Below are positions 38,407 through 48,060 of a DNA stretch of 64,000 bases, in pieces. How positions within the stretch are numbered: the first letter of the stretch is position 1; each line of letters opens with the position of its first letter. A program made the position numbers and the translations under genes. A model generated the notes under the pieces. That model was not told the DNA's origin. It did not search any database and saw nothing but the letters and a program-made list of their open reading frames with translations. Source of the stretch: an uncultured Candidatus Saccharibacteria bacterium. GTDB lineage: Bacteria > Patescibacteriota > Dojkabacteria > SC72 > JAFGCJ01. The stretch spans positions 142,188 through 206,187 of the forward strand of contig CAYZTC010000001.1 of the NCBI GenBank assembly GCA_964481345.1. The letters are read 5' to 3'.

Positions 38407-38432
38407 AGAGACAACGGGACAGGTTGGAACTT
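38407..38432 (+). repeat. 26-nt dispersed repeat, copy 3
   Basis: AGAGACAACGGGACAGGTTGGAACTT. Confidence 0.7.
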
Positions 38433-38443
38433 GGAGTACAGCC

Positions 38444-38502
38444 AGCAAAAAAGGGGGTCATAACAGATGTTCATGTCATGAACACCCCTTTTTTCTTTTG
38501 CT
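38444..38502 (-). terminator. unit A3 trailer: anti-leader sequence plus large-loop terminator
   Basis: Minus: AGCAAAAGAAAAAAGGGG-TGTTCATGACATGAACA...CCCCTTTTTT; homologous to 32567-32628. Confidence 0.75.
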
Positions 38503-38983
38503 ACTTATTTTTCAGTACAATAACATTGTACCGTGGAATGATATTCAAAATACCCGTCTCTTCTTGGTAAGTTGTTTGGACATAGATATATCTAACAACC
38601 TTACGGAAGTGAAATTGGGGTAAATTTTGGATTGGCTCCCCGTGTACAATAATTCTTTTCCGAATAATTGGGAATTTCTTAAGGAGACCACTCAAAATAT
38701 TGCTCACTGCTCGTTGTTCTTTTTGAGCTGGTATCTTCAGTATATCCCATTCCTCCTTCGGATTTGTACTTTCTCTAACGGAATATATATTTTCCGTAGT
38801 GAAGATGCCAGTATCTGCATTGTATTCATCAACAAGGGTTCTATTGAACCATTCCTGATTCATGATACCAACCGTTATTGATTCTCCTTTTTGTAAAAAA
38901 ACTAGAGCACCTCTTCGTATCTTCAGAATCCTCCTTAATTCGGAGAACTCTTTTAACAATCCGGAAAGCTTTTGTTTATTCAT
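38501..38983 (-). CDS. orphan protein (unit A3), paralog of 32635-33144
   Basis: GGAGG SD; motifs shared with the A1 ORF. Confidence 0.7.
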   Translation of the reverse strand: MNKQKLSGLLKEFSELRRILKIRRGALVFLQKGESITVGIMNQEWFNRTLVDEYNADTGIFTTENIYSVRESTNPKEEWDILKIPAQKEQRAVSNILSGLLKKFPIIRKRIIVHGEPIQNLPQFHFRKVVRYIYVQTTYQEETGILNIIPRYNVIVLKNK

Positions 38984-39191
38984 GGAAACCTCCCGTCTCC
39001 CTTTCTAAGTGTTATCCTTTGATTTTCCACATCACGTGGAAGGAGTAACACTACCTTTATATGTTCCTAGGAACACATGAAGGTAATGTCACACATCAAG
39101 GATATTTGTATAAGAGCAAAAGAGAATATTGATGGAATTGGGACAGCCATCAATCTGGGTGGATTATACTATGGGGTGATAGAAATGTCAA
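38984..39191 (-). ncRNA. unit A3 promoter and structured 5' leader
   Basis: Perfect TTGACA-17-TATAAT (39191-39163); leader homologous to 33145-33344. Confidence 0.7.
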
Positions 39192-39227
39192 TGTAGTGAA
39201 GTCGGGATTATGCTGTTATATAAGCAC

Positions 39228-39638
39228 TGGTGGAGACGGTGGGAATTGAACCCACGTCCAAAAGAATCGTCAAATGCAATGATACAAGCTTAGTCAGTTT
39301 GACTAATCAAGGATTTAAAAACTGACAAAATAATCCCTGAAGAGGTGATTTTAAAAATTCTCAGGTTGGGCTCACCTGGTTACCCTTCCTGTATATCCCG
39401 AAAATGAACGAGCTTTAGATACCTCATCGGGAAGAAGTGACCCAAGCTCACAGTGGAATTACCCTACTGACATGTTCATGTTGAGACCAGCAAAAGCTGA
39501 GTTAACACCTGCTGCAAATTTCTTTGCTGCTAGTTGAACACGGTTTTTAAGTGAATCTGCACTTATTTTTTGTTTTTAAGAGCGATTACTCTGCTTGGTG
39601 CATAGGACTTTAGCTTTTGTCGAAGCCTTGTCGTCCCC
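39228..39638 (-). ncRNA. ssrA: tmRNA
   Basis: 5' GGGGACGA...TTCGAC; 3' GACGTGGGTTCAATTCCCACCGTCTCCACCA; ATAAGT-GCA resume context. Confidence 0.95.
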
Positions 39639-39698
39639 AAGTAAAAAAGCATTATACCACATTATAGGATATAGAAATTTTGTGTTATTCTGTCGACA

Positions 39699-40298
39699 AT
39701 GAAATTGAAAAATGCTAACCTAGTGGGAGCTATGGCCCAAAAGAAACTGCCCAAGAATATAAATCTGCTTCAACCATCATTTTCTCCCCAAACAACATGG
39801 GACAAAATATATGACTGGGTATTCCTCGCTGGAAGATATGTGATAGTTATTGTTGAGTTGGTAGTATTGATTGCGCTTGGTTCTAGGTTTTATTATGACA
39901 GAAAAAACAATGATCTCTCAGAATCAATCAGAGCCAAAACTCTCATGCTGGACAGCATGCAGGAAACTGAAGGAGAAATTAGAGGAGCTCAAGAAACCCT
40001 AGCAAATATCGCAGTGATGCTTGCGACACAGGAAAAAGAGTCGATCGTTCTTAGTGATATTGAGGCAAACATCCCATCTTCTATTGTAATTCAAGGACTG
40101 TCCTTGAACGAAGATAGCTTAAGCATTACTGGTATGGCTTATGGATATACATACATAGAGAAACTGGAAAGCAATTTCGAGTCGGATGCTAACTGGGCGG
40201 AGGTTGAGGTTACCCTAGTATCATCTGGATCTGAGAGACAAGTGGATTTTACAATGACCGCTAATTATATTGGGGGAGGTGAAAATGCCACAGACTAA
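39699..40298 (+). CDS. PilN-like type IV pilus assembly protein
   Basis: NINLL motif, TM, coiled coil, IPSSIVIQGLSL...LSITGMA. Confidence 0.75.
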   Translation: MKLKNANLVGAMAQKKLPKNINLLQPSFSPQTTWDKIYDWVFLAGRYVIVIVELVVLIALGSRFYYDRKNNDLSESIRAKTLMLDSMQETEGEIRGAQETLANIAVMLATQEKESIVLSDIEANIPSSIVIQGLSLNEDSLSITGMAYGYTYIEKLESNFESDANWAEVEVTLVSSGSERQVDFTMTANYIGGGENATD

Positions 40299-40878
40299 AG
40301 GAAGTCCAACAATCAGAAGGGCGATGGAGTCAGTTACGTCAAAGACCTATACGTTTATAGGTGTCACTCTAATTACTGTTTTGGTGTTTCTCTTGGGTGC
40401 AATTAAACCTACGTTTTCTGCAATCTCTAGAATTCAAAATGAGGTTCAAGAAAAGGAGAGGGTTGATGCTCAATTACAAAGTAAAATCAATGTGCTAACT
40501 ACTCTTCAAAACTCAGTGAGTGAATATGAGGAGGACTTGGAAATTCTCAATACTTATTTTCCATCGAACTCTGACTACAGTGTGCTCATGGCTGGCTTGG
40601 AAAGAATAACCGCTTCTTATGGATTTCAAATGGCTAGTTTAAGCATTAAAGTAGATGAAATTGAAGATGAGTCTACTCAGATATATCCGGAAATGCAACT
40701 TGTGGAAATCAAGATTGTGACTTCTGGACCAAAATCTCAGGTAACGGAGATAGTGGAGCATCTTGAGAATATTCCAGTAATTCCTGATATTGTAAAGCTA
40801 AGCTATGTGTTGGATGAGTCTTACAGAACAGGGTTTGTAAGCCTCTCGGTTATCATGAATATATATAAAATGGAGTAA
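40270..40878 (+). CDS. PilO-like type IV pilus assembly protein
   Basis: TM, AIKPTFS, coiled coil, ferredoxin-like C-terminus; follows the pilN-like gene. Confidence 0.7.
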   Translation: MGEVKMPQTKGSPTIRRAMESVTSKTYTFIGVTLITVLVFLLGAIKPTFSAISRIQNEVQEKERVDAQLQSKINVLTTLQNSVSEYEEDLEILNTYFPSNSDYSVLMAGLERITASYGFQMASLSIKVDEIEDESTQIYPEMQLVEIKIVTSGPKSQVTEIVEHLENIPVIPDIVKLSYVLDESYRTGFVSLSVIMNIYKME

Positions 40879-40885
40879 GAAAAAA

Positions 40886-41104
40886 ATGACTAAAAGATTA
40901 CTAGGAATAATAATTTTTTCAGTATTGACTGTTGTTATATGGATTGGATTTGAGGTATGGATGAGGCTTGGTTCTCAGGAAATACAGTTGAACTATGAAA
41001 ACTATCTTCAGACTGTAGATTCAGAGTTTGATTCAGAAACGATAGATGAACTTGTGACAAGGGAGGAAGAGTATATGCTTATAGATCGTGACGACTTGGA
41101 CTAG
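40886..41104 (+). CDS. small membrane protein in pil cluster
   Basis: N-terminal TM ([10 protein letters not shown]), co-oriented with pilNO. Confidence 0.65.
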   Translation: MTKRLLGIIIFSVLTVVIWIGFEVWMRLGSQEIQLNYENYLQTVDSEFDSETIDELVTREEEYMLIDRDDLD

Positions 41105-42243
41105 TCAATATAATCCTTGAGCTGTTTTTCAGAGGAAAATGTCTTTAGCTTTTTCAGTGCCTTTGCTTCAATCTGTCGGATTCTTTCTCTTGTTACGCCA
41201 AACTCTCTTCCCACTTCTTCAAGGGTTCTCGTGACTCCATCCTGAAGACCAAACCTTAACTCAAGTACCCTTCTTTCCCGGTCCTGGAGAGAGTTTAAGA
41301 TATCTCTCATTTGGCTTTGAAGAAATGCGTTTGTGGCAAGATCTTCTGGCGAAAGAGTTTTTTCGTCAGGGATTATGTCTTGAAGTTGGCTATCCTGCTC
41401 TTTTCCGATGGGAGTAGAAAGAGACTTAGGATGCTGTTGAATTTTGAGAATATTATTTACCTTATCCACCTCTAGTTCCATCACCTTTCCTATCTCTTCT
41501 GGGGTGGGTTTTCTTCCGAGTTCTGCTGAAAGCTGAGCTGAGACCTTACTCAGTTTATTGATTGTTTCATGCATATGTACTGGTATTCTGATGGTTCTTG
41601 CCTGGTCAGCAATAGATCTTGTAATTGCCTGTCTTATCCACCAGGTAGCGTATGTTGAAAACTTAAATCCCCTTTTATAATCAAACTTTTCAACAGCCCT
41701 CATTAGTCCAATATTACCCTCCTGGATGAGATCTAGAAGATGTAATCCCCTGTTTGCATACTTCTTTGCTATGCTAACAACAAGTCTCAGGTTTGCAGTC
41801 ACGAGAAGCTGCTTTGCCTCCTCCTCCTTCTTTTCGACTCTTTTTGCCAGAGTAACCTCTTCCTCTTTAGTGAGAAGTGGGGTCTTTCCGATCTCTTGAA
41901 GATATGATCTAATAGCGTCATTTGAGATATTTGACTGGATAGATTTAAGTATCTTTATCTTCTTCTCCAATGTCATCTCTTCCTCTTCTTCCTCAAGCTT
42001 CTCCTCTGGCACATCAAGTACTTCGATACCGTTGTATTGGAGGGTGATAAATATTTCATCTAGTGCATCTAGATGGTTTTCTATGTGTGGAATTTCTTTT
42101 AGTATGTCCTCCTGTGTTAAAAAACCCTGCTCTTTTCCCTGCTTTACTAACAGTTTCATAACCTTTTCAATTTTTGCTTTTCTTGAGCTCTTGGGTTTAG
42201 TTTTTGTTTTTTTAGTTCTTTTAGTTTTTTTCTTACCAGCCAT
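41101..42243 (-). CDS. rpoD: RNA polymerase primary sigma factor
   Basis: Region 1.1, [44 protein letters not shown]. Confidence 0.97.
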   Translation of the reverse strand: MAGKKKTKRTKKTKTKPKSSRKAKIEKVMKLLVKQGKEQGFLTQEDILKEIPHIENHLDALDEIFITLQYNGIEVLDVPEEKLEEEEEEMTLEKKIKILKSIQSNISNDAIRSYLQEIGKTPLLTKEEEVTLAKRVEKKEEEAKQLLVTANLRLVVSIAKKYANRGLHLLDLIQEGNIGLMRAVEKFDYKRGFKFSTYATWWIRQAITRSIADQARTIRIPVHMHETINKLSKVSAQLSAELGRKPTPEEIGKVMELEVDKVNNILKIQQHPKSLSTPIGKEQDSQLQDIIPDEKTLSPEDLATNAFLQSQMRDILNSLQDRERRVLELRFGLQDGVTRTLEEVGREFGVTRERIRQIEAKALKKLKTFSSEKQLKDYID

Positions 42244-42274
42244 TGTTTAGTGCTATGTTATAATACTATATCTT

Positions 42275-42631
42275 ATGGCAAATTTTAAAAAGATTCGTAA
42301 TTCCAATGATGAGCAGAAGCAGATTTTTCTTGAGAATGTTGCTCGATACTGTGATAAATGTGGTAAACCATATGATATTAATGATGTTGAAATACTTCAA
42401 CAAAATAACTACTCGGTCATTATACACTTCTCGTGCAAAAATTGTAAAGCAAGGCATCTTGCTACGTTTATTAAGCCTCTAGGAGTGTCGAGTAGGATGC
42501 CTGTAAATACAGATCTGTCAATCGATGAGATTGCAGGGTTTGCCTCTAAAAGGGCTATTTCTACGAACGAGGTGCTCGATGTGCACGACGCTCTGAAAAG
42601 CAAGGATGTCAAAATCTCTGATATTGCCTAG
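42275..42631 (+). CDS. conserved zinc-ribbon hypothetical protein
   Basis: CDKC...CKNC; TDLS..E...F...ISTNEVLDVH. Confidence 0.75.
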   Translation: MANFKKIRNSNDEQKQIFLENVARYCDKCGKPYDINDVEILQQNNYSVIIHFSCKNCKARHLATFIKPLGVSSRMPVNTDLSIDEIAGFASKRAISTNEVLDVHDALKSKDVKISDIA

Positions 42632-42699
42632 TTTGATAAACAATGGAACAACCATGGAGATAGAGTTTGTTTATTCCTTGATTTATTATTTGAATTTGA

Positions 42700-43044
42700 A
42701 TGAAAAAAATTGATAAGAATAATCAAAATATTGTAAATAGTGAAACCTGTGGTGAGCTATTGGAAGTATTGAATTTGAAGGGTGTACCAGTAAGTGTAAC
42801 TCAAGCTGTAAACCTCAGACCTACAAAACCTCATTATCATAAAGTTGGTACAGAAATATTTTGGGTAAGAAAAGGTGAGATTACAGTGAAGGTAGATGAA
42901 AGTGAACCAGTAAAAATTTGCTCAGGTGAAGTCCTCGTAATTTCTCCTAACGAGGTTCATGAAGTTGTTGAGACATCGGATGATAATGAGGTTATTGTGA
43001 TTAATAATCCCCGTTGGGAAAAGGGGGATGAATATCAAAGTTGA
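42700..43044 (+). CDS. cupin domain protein
   Basis: PHYHKVGTEIFWVRKG...GEVLVISPNEVH. Confidence 0.85.
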   Translation: MKKIDKNNQNIVNSETCGELLEVLNLKGVPVSVTQAVNLRPTKPHYHKVGTEIFWVRKGEITVKVDESEPVKICSGEVLVISPNEVHEVVETSDDNEVIVINNPRWEKGDEYQS

Positions 43045-43471
43045 TTGGTACAACATTTGAATAGTTGAGGTTTTGAACGAAATGGAAGAGATTCTATCGT
43101 CCCCTTGTCAGGGTCCTCCAGAAATACTCATTTTTCATAGTTTGAACTGAATTCATAGAGTATCTCTGGACTCCCGCGAAGCGGGGGGATAGAGTCTTGA
43201 ACCATTGGGAAATTGAGGTTGAACCTGAAGATTATCGTGTAACAGCAGCAAAGATCAATAGTTTCAAATTGTTTTATTTTTAAATCGATAAGTGATGTCG
43301 TTAGACTAGTGTTTTCTTGAGGTTGAACCTCAAGACTCTTTTGATTAACATTTATCTAGTAACATTAACTGCATCCAAATTTACTATAAGGTGTATGTTA
43401 AGAGTAAAAAGTAAAGGTTTAGTTATTGCGAGGATACATTTTGCAGGTTCGACCTGATTTTCTCAGATCGT

Positions 43472-45037
43472 TCAAAACTCAGAAATTCCTACTAGATACT
43501 CCAGCACAGATGTTTTGTCACTTCCTGTGAGGAATCTTGGCTGGCAGTAGTCATGCATCCTTGTTGGTAAGACATCTACGTTTGCTATTGTTCCATTGAA
43601 TAAGTGAATCTTCAGAACTATGCTGAGTCTTGTCTCTGCTGACCACATTTGGTCAAAAAGAAAATTGCCAAGGCCATAAAATACCGGTTTGTCATTGTAA
43701 AAAGTAATCCCTTGAACCTCGTGAGAGGACACTCCAGTCACAATATCTACACTATTGTCTATGGCTTCTTGGGTAAGGGCGATCTGCTCCTCTGAGGGAG
43801 ATATGCCGTATTCTGGCCAAAGATGCGTATCCAACCAAATGATATCTACAGTGTCTACGATTTCGTTTAAGGTCTGAAGAAAAATCTCTTGGTCGTAGTA
43901 TGCTGTACCTGCAAGGACGTCTGTTGCAATTATTCCGTCTGGCCCCATTCTGTTATATCCCAGAAATGCTATTGTGCCAGCAGTAGTCTCAATAATCAGA
44001 GGCTCCCATGCTTTATTGGAGTTTTCTCCTGACGCAAAGTATAGAATGTCGTTTTCCAGATATGTTTGCATTGTATTGGAAAAATAGTCCCTACCATAAT
44101 CGTTCATATGGTTTCCGGTTAAGCTGACGATATCGATTCCCATATCTAAAAGATTTTGAATGTATGTTGGCTTTCCGCAAAATGCAGTTGTGCCAGCTGG
44201 TTGTGAACATCCTTCTACAAATGATGACTCGTTGCTGATCATTGAAATATCAGCATTTTCCATGGTTTCTTTCACCTCATCGATTGGGTATGACAGGATT
44301 CCCTTTGAGTTTTCGCATAACTGCCATCCTGGGCCGCCCGCTACTGTTGTGCCAGTCTTTATTATCTCAACAAAATCGTTGGGTTCTGGATAGTTTAAAG
44401 TGTAGCCACTAGATGTCAGTTCTAGATTATTCTCAAGCTGATCAAAAAGATCACTCACTCTTTCGTTTCCCCATACTTCAATTTCAAGGGTAAGTGGATA
44501 ATTTTTATTTTCCCACCATGAGTCTTCGAAGGTACTTTTGTTTGCAATATCTATTGCAATTCTGGTTGAGTCGATATCATTTAATGTCTCAAGTTTCAAA
44601 CCACTATTGCTTTCCGTATTTATGGAAAAATATGTTTGGTCTATAAGGCCAAAGGTATCTTCATCTATATTTTCAGATATTTGAGATATTGTATCTCCTG
44701 GACTAATTGCAAGTTGACTCCAGTCTTTTGTGACAACCCAGAATTGATATATTGATCTATATTCTTCATCTGAAGAGTCAATACCGATATAAACATCCGC
44801 ACTTTCATCTACAATTTTCCAGTCATTCTCTGATGCAATTTCTTGAATTATTTCCCTTAAGTTTTCAGGAATGTTACTGAATGTGTGTATACTCACGGTA
44901 GAATTATTATCTTGTGTGGGTTCCGGTGGGGATGTTTCGTTTTTGTAAAATATTGAGTATAAATAAAACCCTACAACCCCTATTATTGCAGTAAAAATGA
45001 GGATTATCAGGAACTTTTTTAATCTAGTACATCCCAT
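43472..45037 (-). CDS. membrane-anchored CapA-family (PGA_cap) metallophosphoesterase
   Basis: SNES, SLTGNHMNDYG, HLWPEY, SSHEVQ, YGLGNFLFDQ. Confidence 0.85.
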   Translation of the reverse strand: MGCTRLKKFLIILIFTAIIGVVGFYLYSIFYKNETSPPEPTQDNNSTVSIHTFSNIPENLREIIQEIASENDWKIVDESADVYIGIDSSDEEYRSIYQFWVVTKDWSQLAISPGDTISQISENIDEDTFGLIDQTYFSINTESNSGLKLETLNDIDSTRIAIDIANKSTFEDSWWENKNYPLTLEIEVWGNERVSDLFDQLENNLELTSSGYTLNYPEPNDFVEIIKTGTTVAGGPGWQLCENSKGILSYPIDEVKETMENADISMISNESSFVEGCSQPAGTTAFCGKPTYIQNLLDMGIDIVSLTGNHMNDYGRDYFSNTMQTYLENDILYFASGENSNKAWEPLIIETTAGTIAFLGYNRMGPDGIIATDVLAGTAYYDQEIFLQTLNEIVDTVDIIWLDTHLWPEYGISPSEEQIALTQEAIDNSVDIVTGVSSHEVQGITFYNDKPVFYGLGNFLFDQMWSAETRLSIVLKIHLFNGTIANVDVLPTRMHDYCQPRFLTGSDKTSVLEYLVGISEF

Positions 45038-48000
45038 TGTATTTCGAACTCCTTGTCTGTATCTAGCTCTGTCCTGATCATCAATGAGTTTATTTCTCTT
45101 TGGATATTGGTTGAGTCTATAGGTGTCCATGAACTTGGATGGTTTATTTCTATTGTTACAGGATCATCAATAAGTCCTGGTTGTTTTATTAAGTTAAGAG
45201 TATAGCTTATTCTTCCATCACTTGTTGCTAGTGGGAAGTTTTCAACCAGAAATCTATTGAGTGTATAACTAACCTTAAGTGTCTCGTTTTCCTCAATAGG
45301 TACAGTAATGAATCCAGCAACCACCTCCTTTTGTACAGAGCTGTCCGTATATTTTCTTGAGTTTTCCATACCTGTTACGTTTGAAATACTTGCTCCCAAT
45401 GGAAGATATATTCTTATGTAGTTTTCATATGGTCCTTCTGGGTATTCATCTTGAGTACTGTTATTTAGGTAGCTAATCTCGATCTCTTGGTTTATTGTAG
45501 TCTCATCGATGATATTTACATTTACTTTTGTAGATCTATCTATGAAATAGTTGGCTTTATTTCCACCCCAATTCCATTCTACTGGAAACAAAGTATTTGT
45601 CTTGTTTCCTACTCGTCCGCTTAACCCGAGACGATTAATATTTTCGTCGATTTCTGTGTTGTAGAAGTATATAAGTACATGTTTTTTCTCTAACCCATCA
45701 GATATTACTTGAGATATTTCGGACCATTTATCTTTTGAAGTTTGGAAGATATTTTGCATAATCTCATTAGCCAGATTTGAAAGAAAGACCTCTTTCCTAT
45801 TACTTCCCGGAGTAAACTGTCTATGAATTTCAATAACTTTGTAGTACAGATTATCTTTTGTTACTGGTTCTGTCTCTCCCGGTACTATAACTTGGCCCCA
45901 TATATCAATTAAATTTCTAACAAATTCTAAGTCGATGGCGATTACTCCGTCCACAGAGTAGACCTGGTCAGTCAAAGTAAGAAAGTACTCCGCCGCCTCT
46001 GCGGCTTGTGGAAAGTCTGGATTCCAGTTTGATAAAGATAATGTCCATTCGTCGATATTGAGCTGTGACTTCATGTCAGAGGGTGGCTCTACAGTTTCAC
46101 TTATTTGGCCGTCTACGTTATATACATCTTCAACCTCAAGAACTCTGATCTGTCCCTGCTCTATCCCTACTATTGCAAAGCTTGTTAGCCAGCCGCCAGT
46201 ACTTCTTATCTCCATCGGGTTTTGGAAAAGAACGATGTAGTTTTTTCTTTCATCCTTACCCAGAATATCAGGTATAAACCTCACAAAATCATTTAAAGTA
46301 CTAAGAATATTCTCTGCATCCTTAGTGGAATGCTGAAGCTGTCCTATATATTCACCTATTATGCTTGGGTATACATCCTTATCGATAGCATTTAAAGAGT
46401 TTGTAGCCTGTGCAATTTCAATAGTAGCCCTATCAATATAGGGAGTACTCTTTTCGATACGCTTAAGTTCATTTAGATACGTTCTAGAGCCTCCAGTGCC
46501 ACCTCCGTCAAAAGATGTTATAGGTTCAAATACTTTGAAATACTCAACGTATGGATGGACTCCTTGTGATAGGTAGTATGCACCTTCGGATAGGTGGTTG
46601 ATTCCGTTTAATAGTAAGGAAGTATTGTCATAAAAGTTTGCTACCGGAGGAATATAGCTTATCCATTTCAAGCCATGCCATCCTTGTCTAAGTACATCTG
46701 AAAAGAATTTTGCCTTTTCAAAACTGTTTTGTGCTGTTTCGGTTTCAAGTTCGTATGACTGGCGATATCCTCTTTTTCCATAGTAATAAGTTAGTCCTCC
46801 TCCAATAATTAGCTGAGTGAGTGGTGCAAAGACGAATAAGTATAATGTGACAAAAAGTCCTATCTTGAATGATGTTTTGGCTATTCCGGCTGGGGTTATT
46901 TTTATTTTTTTTATTTTTTTGACTGATCTTTCGAAAAACTCGAATAAGTATATAAATGGTAGGGCAAAAGATTGGAAAAATTTTCCTACTGGTGTTACCT
47001 GCTCTGATATATGAATTTTAATGTCATCTCTTTTCTTTCTCTTTTCCGGTTCGATTTTTTCTGGAATGAAATCCTGTTCTGGTTTATCTTTCCACGCTAT
47101 CTTGTACTGTTCATGGACATGCTCAAGGGTTTCGAGTATTGCTTTATCAAATCTTACTTTTGGTTTCCATCCAATTTTGCTGAGGTTTTTGGCTGGAACG
47201 TATATCTGTTGTGGAGTTTCATCTTCCGCTTCTGTAAAAGCAATCTCTTGTGCTTTAGGGTTTAGTTCTAGTACTTTGTATGCAAGACTTAGGGTCGATA
47301 TTTCTTCAGGATATGAAAGTGAAAAAACTTCTCCATTTGTTTTATTACTGAAGACGGTTTTAATAAGGCCATAAACAACGTCCAGTATGTGAATGTAGTA
47401 AGCAGAATCCAACCCTTCTCCCTTTATTGTTATTCTTGGTTTTGTTACAGACTCTTTTATGAGATCTGTAAAAACAGTGTTTTTTTCAAGTGAAATTCCT
47501 TTTCCTATGATTTCCCCTACTCTTGCAATTCTAATATCTAGGGATGTTTGGTCATGGTACTCAGCTGAGAGTGTTTCGCAGTACCTTTGAAGTTCAACAA
47601 GAGCATAAGCCTTACTTCTTGAGGTGTCAGAAAGGTTTTCGATTCTTAGTGACTCTAGATTTGCAAGCTTTCTGTGAAGTCTGATTGTAGAAGTAAGTAG
47701 TACCTTCGAGCCGTGCTTGTGTGCCAACTTTAGGATTGCATCTACCGAGTTTGTTATCGATAAGAACTGTTTACTTGAAATCTCTGGATGAAGATCAACA
47801 TACTGATTTAAAAGGACGAATACATAGTCGACTCTCTTTATTTTATCTGTAAGAGACTCCATTCCTGAAAAGTCATACCCCTTAACATTGTGGTCTTTTT
47901 TAATTTGTTTTATTTGAGCTTTTGTTTCTCTATTAAACTCGTCAATAAGTATGATGTTGCTTTTTTGAGTAGAAAGGAGTTCGACGAGTTTTGCACCGAG

Positions 48001-48060
48001 AGGATTTCCCCCAAATACAATTAAAGTTGTTGGTTTGTTTGACTGCATTGTATTTGTCAT
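45019..48060 (-). CDS. epimerase/dehydratase-like domain fused to DUF4012
   Basis: N-terminal Rossmann/SDR-like region (YIHILDVV, IGWKPK); FQNPMEIRSTGG, NWNPDFP, DGVIAID, GGNKAN. Confidence 0.8.
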   Translation of the reverse strand: MTNTMQSNKPTTLIVFGGNPLGAKLVELLSTQKSNIILIDEFNRETKAQIKQIKKDHNVKGYDFSGMESLTDKIKRVDYVFVLLNQYVDLHPEISSKQFLSITNSVDAILKLAHKHGSKVLLTSTIRLHRKLANLESLRIENLSDTSRSKAYALVELQRYCETLSAEYHDQTSLDIRIARVGEIIGKGISLEKNTVFTDLIKESVTKPRITIKGEGLDSAYYIHILDVVYGLIKTVFSNKTNGEVFSLSYPEEISTLSLAYKVLELNPKAQEIAFTEAEDETPQQIYVPAKNLSKIGWKPKVRFDKAILETLEHVHEQYKIAWKDKPEQDFIPEKIEPEKRKKRDDIKIHISEQVTPVGKFFQSFALPFIYLFEFFERSVKKIKKIKITPAGIAKTSFKIGLFVTLYLFVFAPLTQLIIGGGLTYYYGKRGYRQSYELETETAQNSFEKAKFFSDVLRQGWHGLKWISYIPPVANFYDNTSLLLNGINHLSEGAYYLSQGVHPYVEYFKVFEPITSFDGGGTGGSRTYLNELKRIEKSTPYIDRATIEIAQATNSLNAIDKDVYPSIIGEYIGQLQHSTKDAENILSTLNDFVRFIPDILGKDERKNYIVLFQNPMEIRSTGGWLTSFAIVGIEQGQIRVLEVEDVYNVDGQISETVEPPSDMKSQLNIDEWTLSLSNWNPDFPQAAEAAEYFLTLTDQVYSVDGVIAIDLEFVRNLIDIWGQVIVPGETEPVTKDNLYYKVIEIHRQFTPGSNRKEVFLSNLANEIMQNIFQTSKDKWSEISQVISDGLEKKHVLIYFYNTEIDENINRLGLSGRVGNKTNTLFPVEWNWGGNKANYFIDRSTKVNVNIIDETTINQEIEISYLNNSTQDEYPEGPYENYIRIYLPLGASISNVTGMENSRKYTDSSVQKEVVAGFITVPIEENETLKVSYTLNRFLVENFPLATSDGRISYTLNLIKQPGLIDDPVTIEINHPSSWTPIDSTNIQREINSLMIRTELDTDKEFEIQWDVLD

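Noticed and set aside
36347-38432. 26-nt repeats as a CRISPR array
   Set aside because: Spacing is 0.8-1.3 kb with whole genes between; no cas genes
32567-39191. Units as retrons, DGRs or IS elements with terminal inverted repeats
   Set aside because: No reverse transcriptase or transposase in the window; the repeats lie inside the promoter-terminator unit and no target-site duplications were seen
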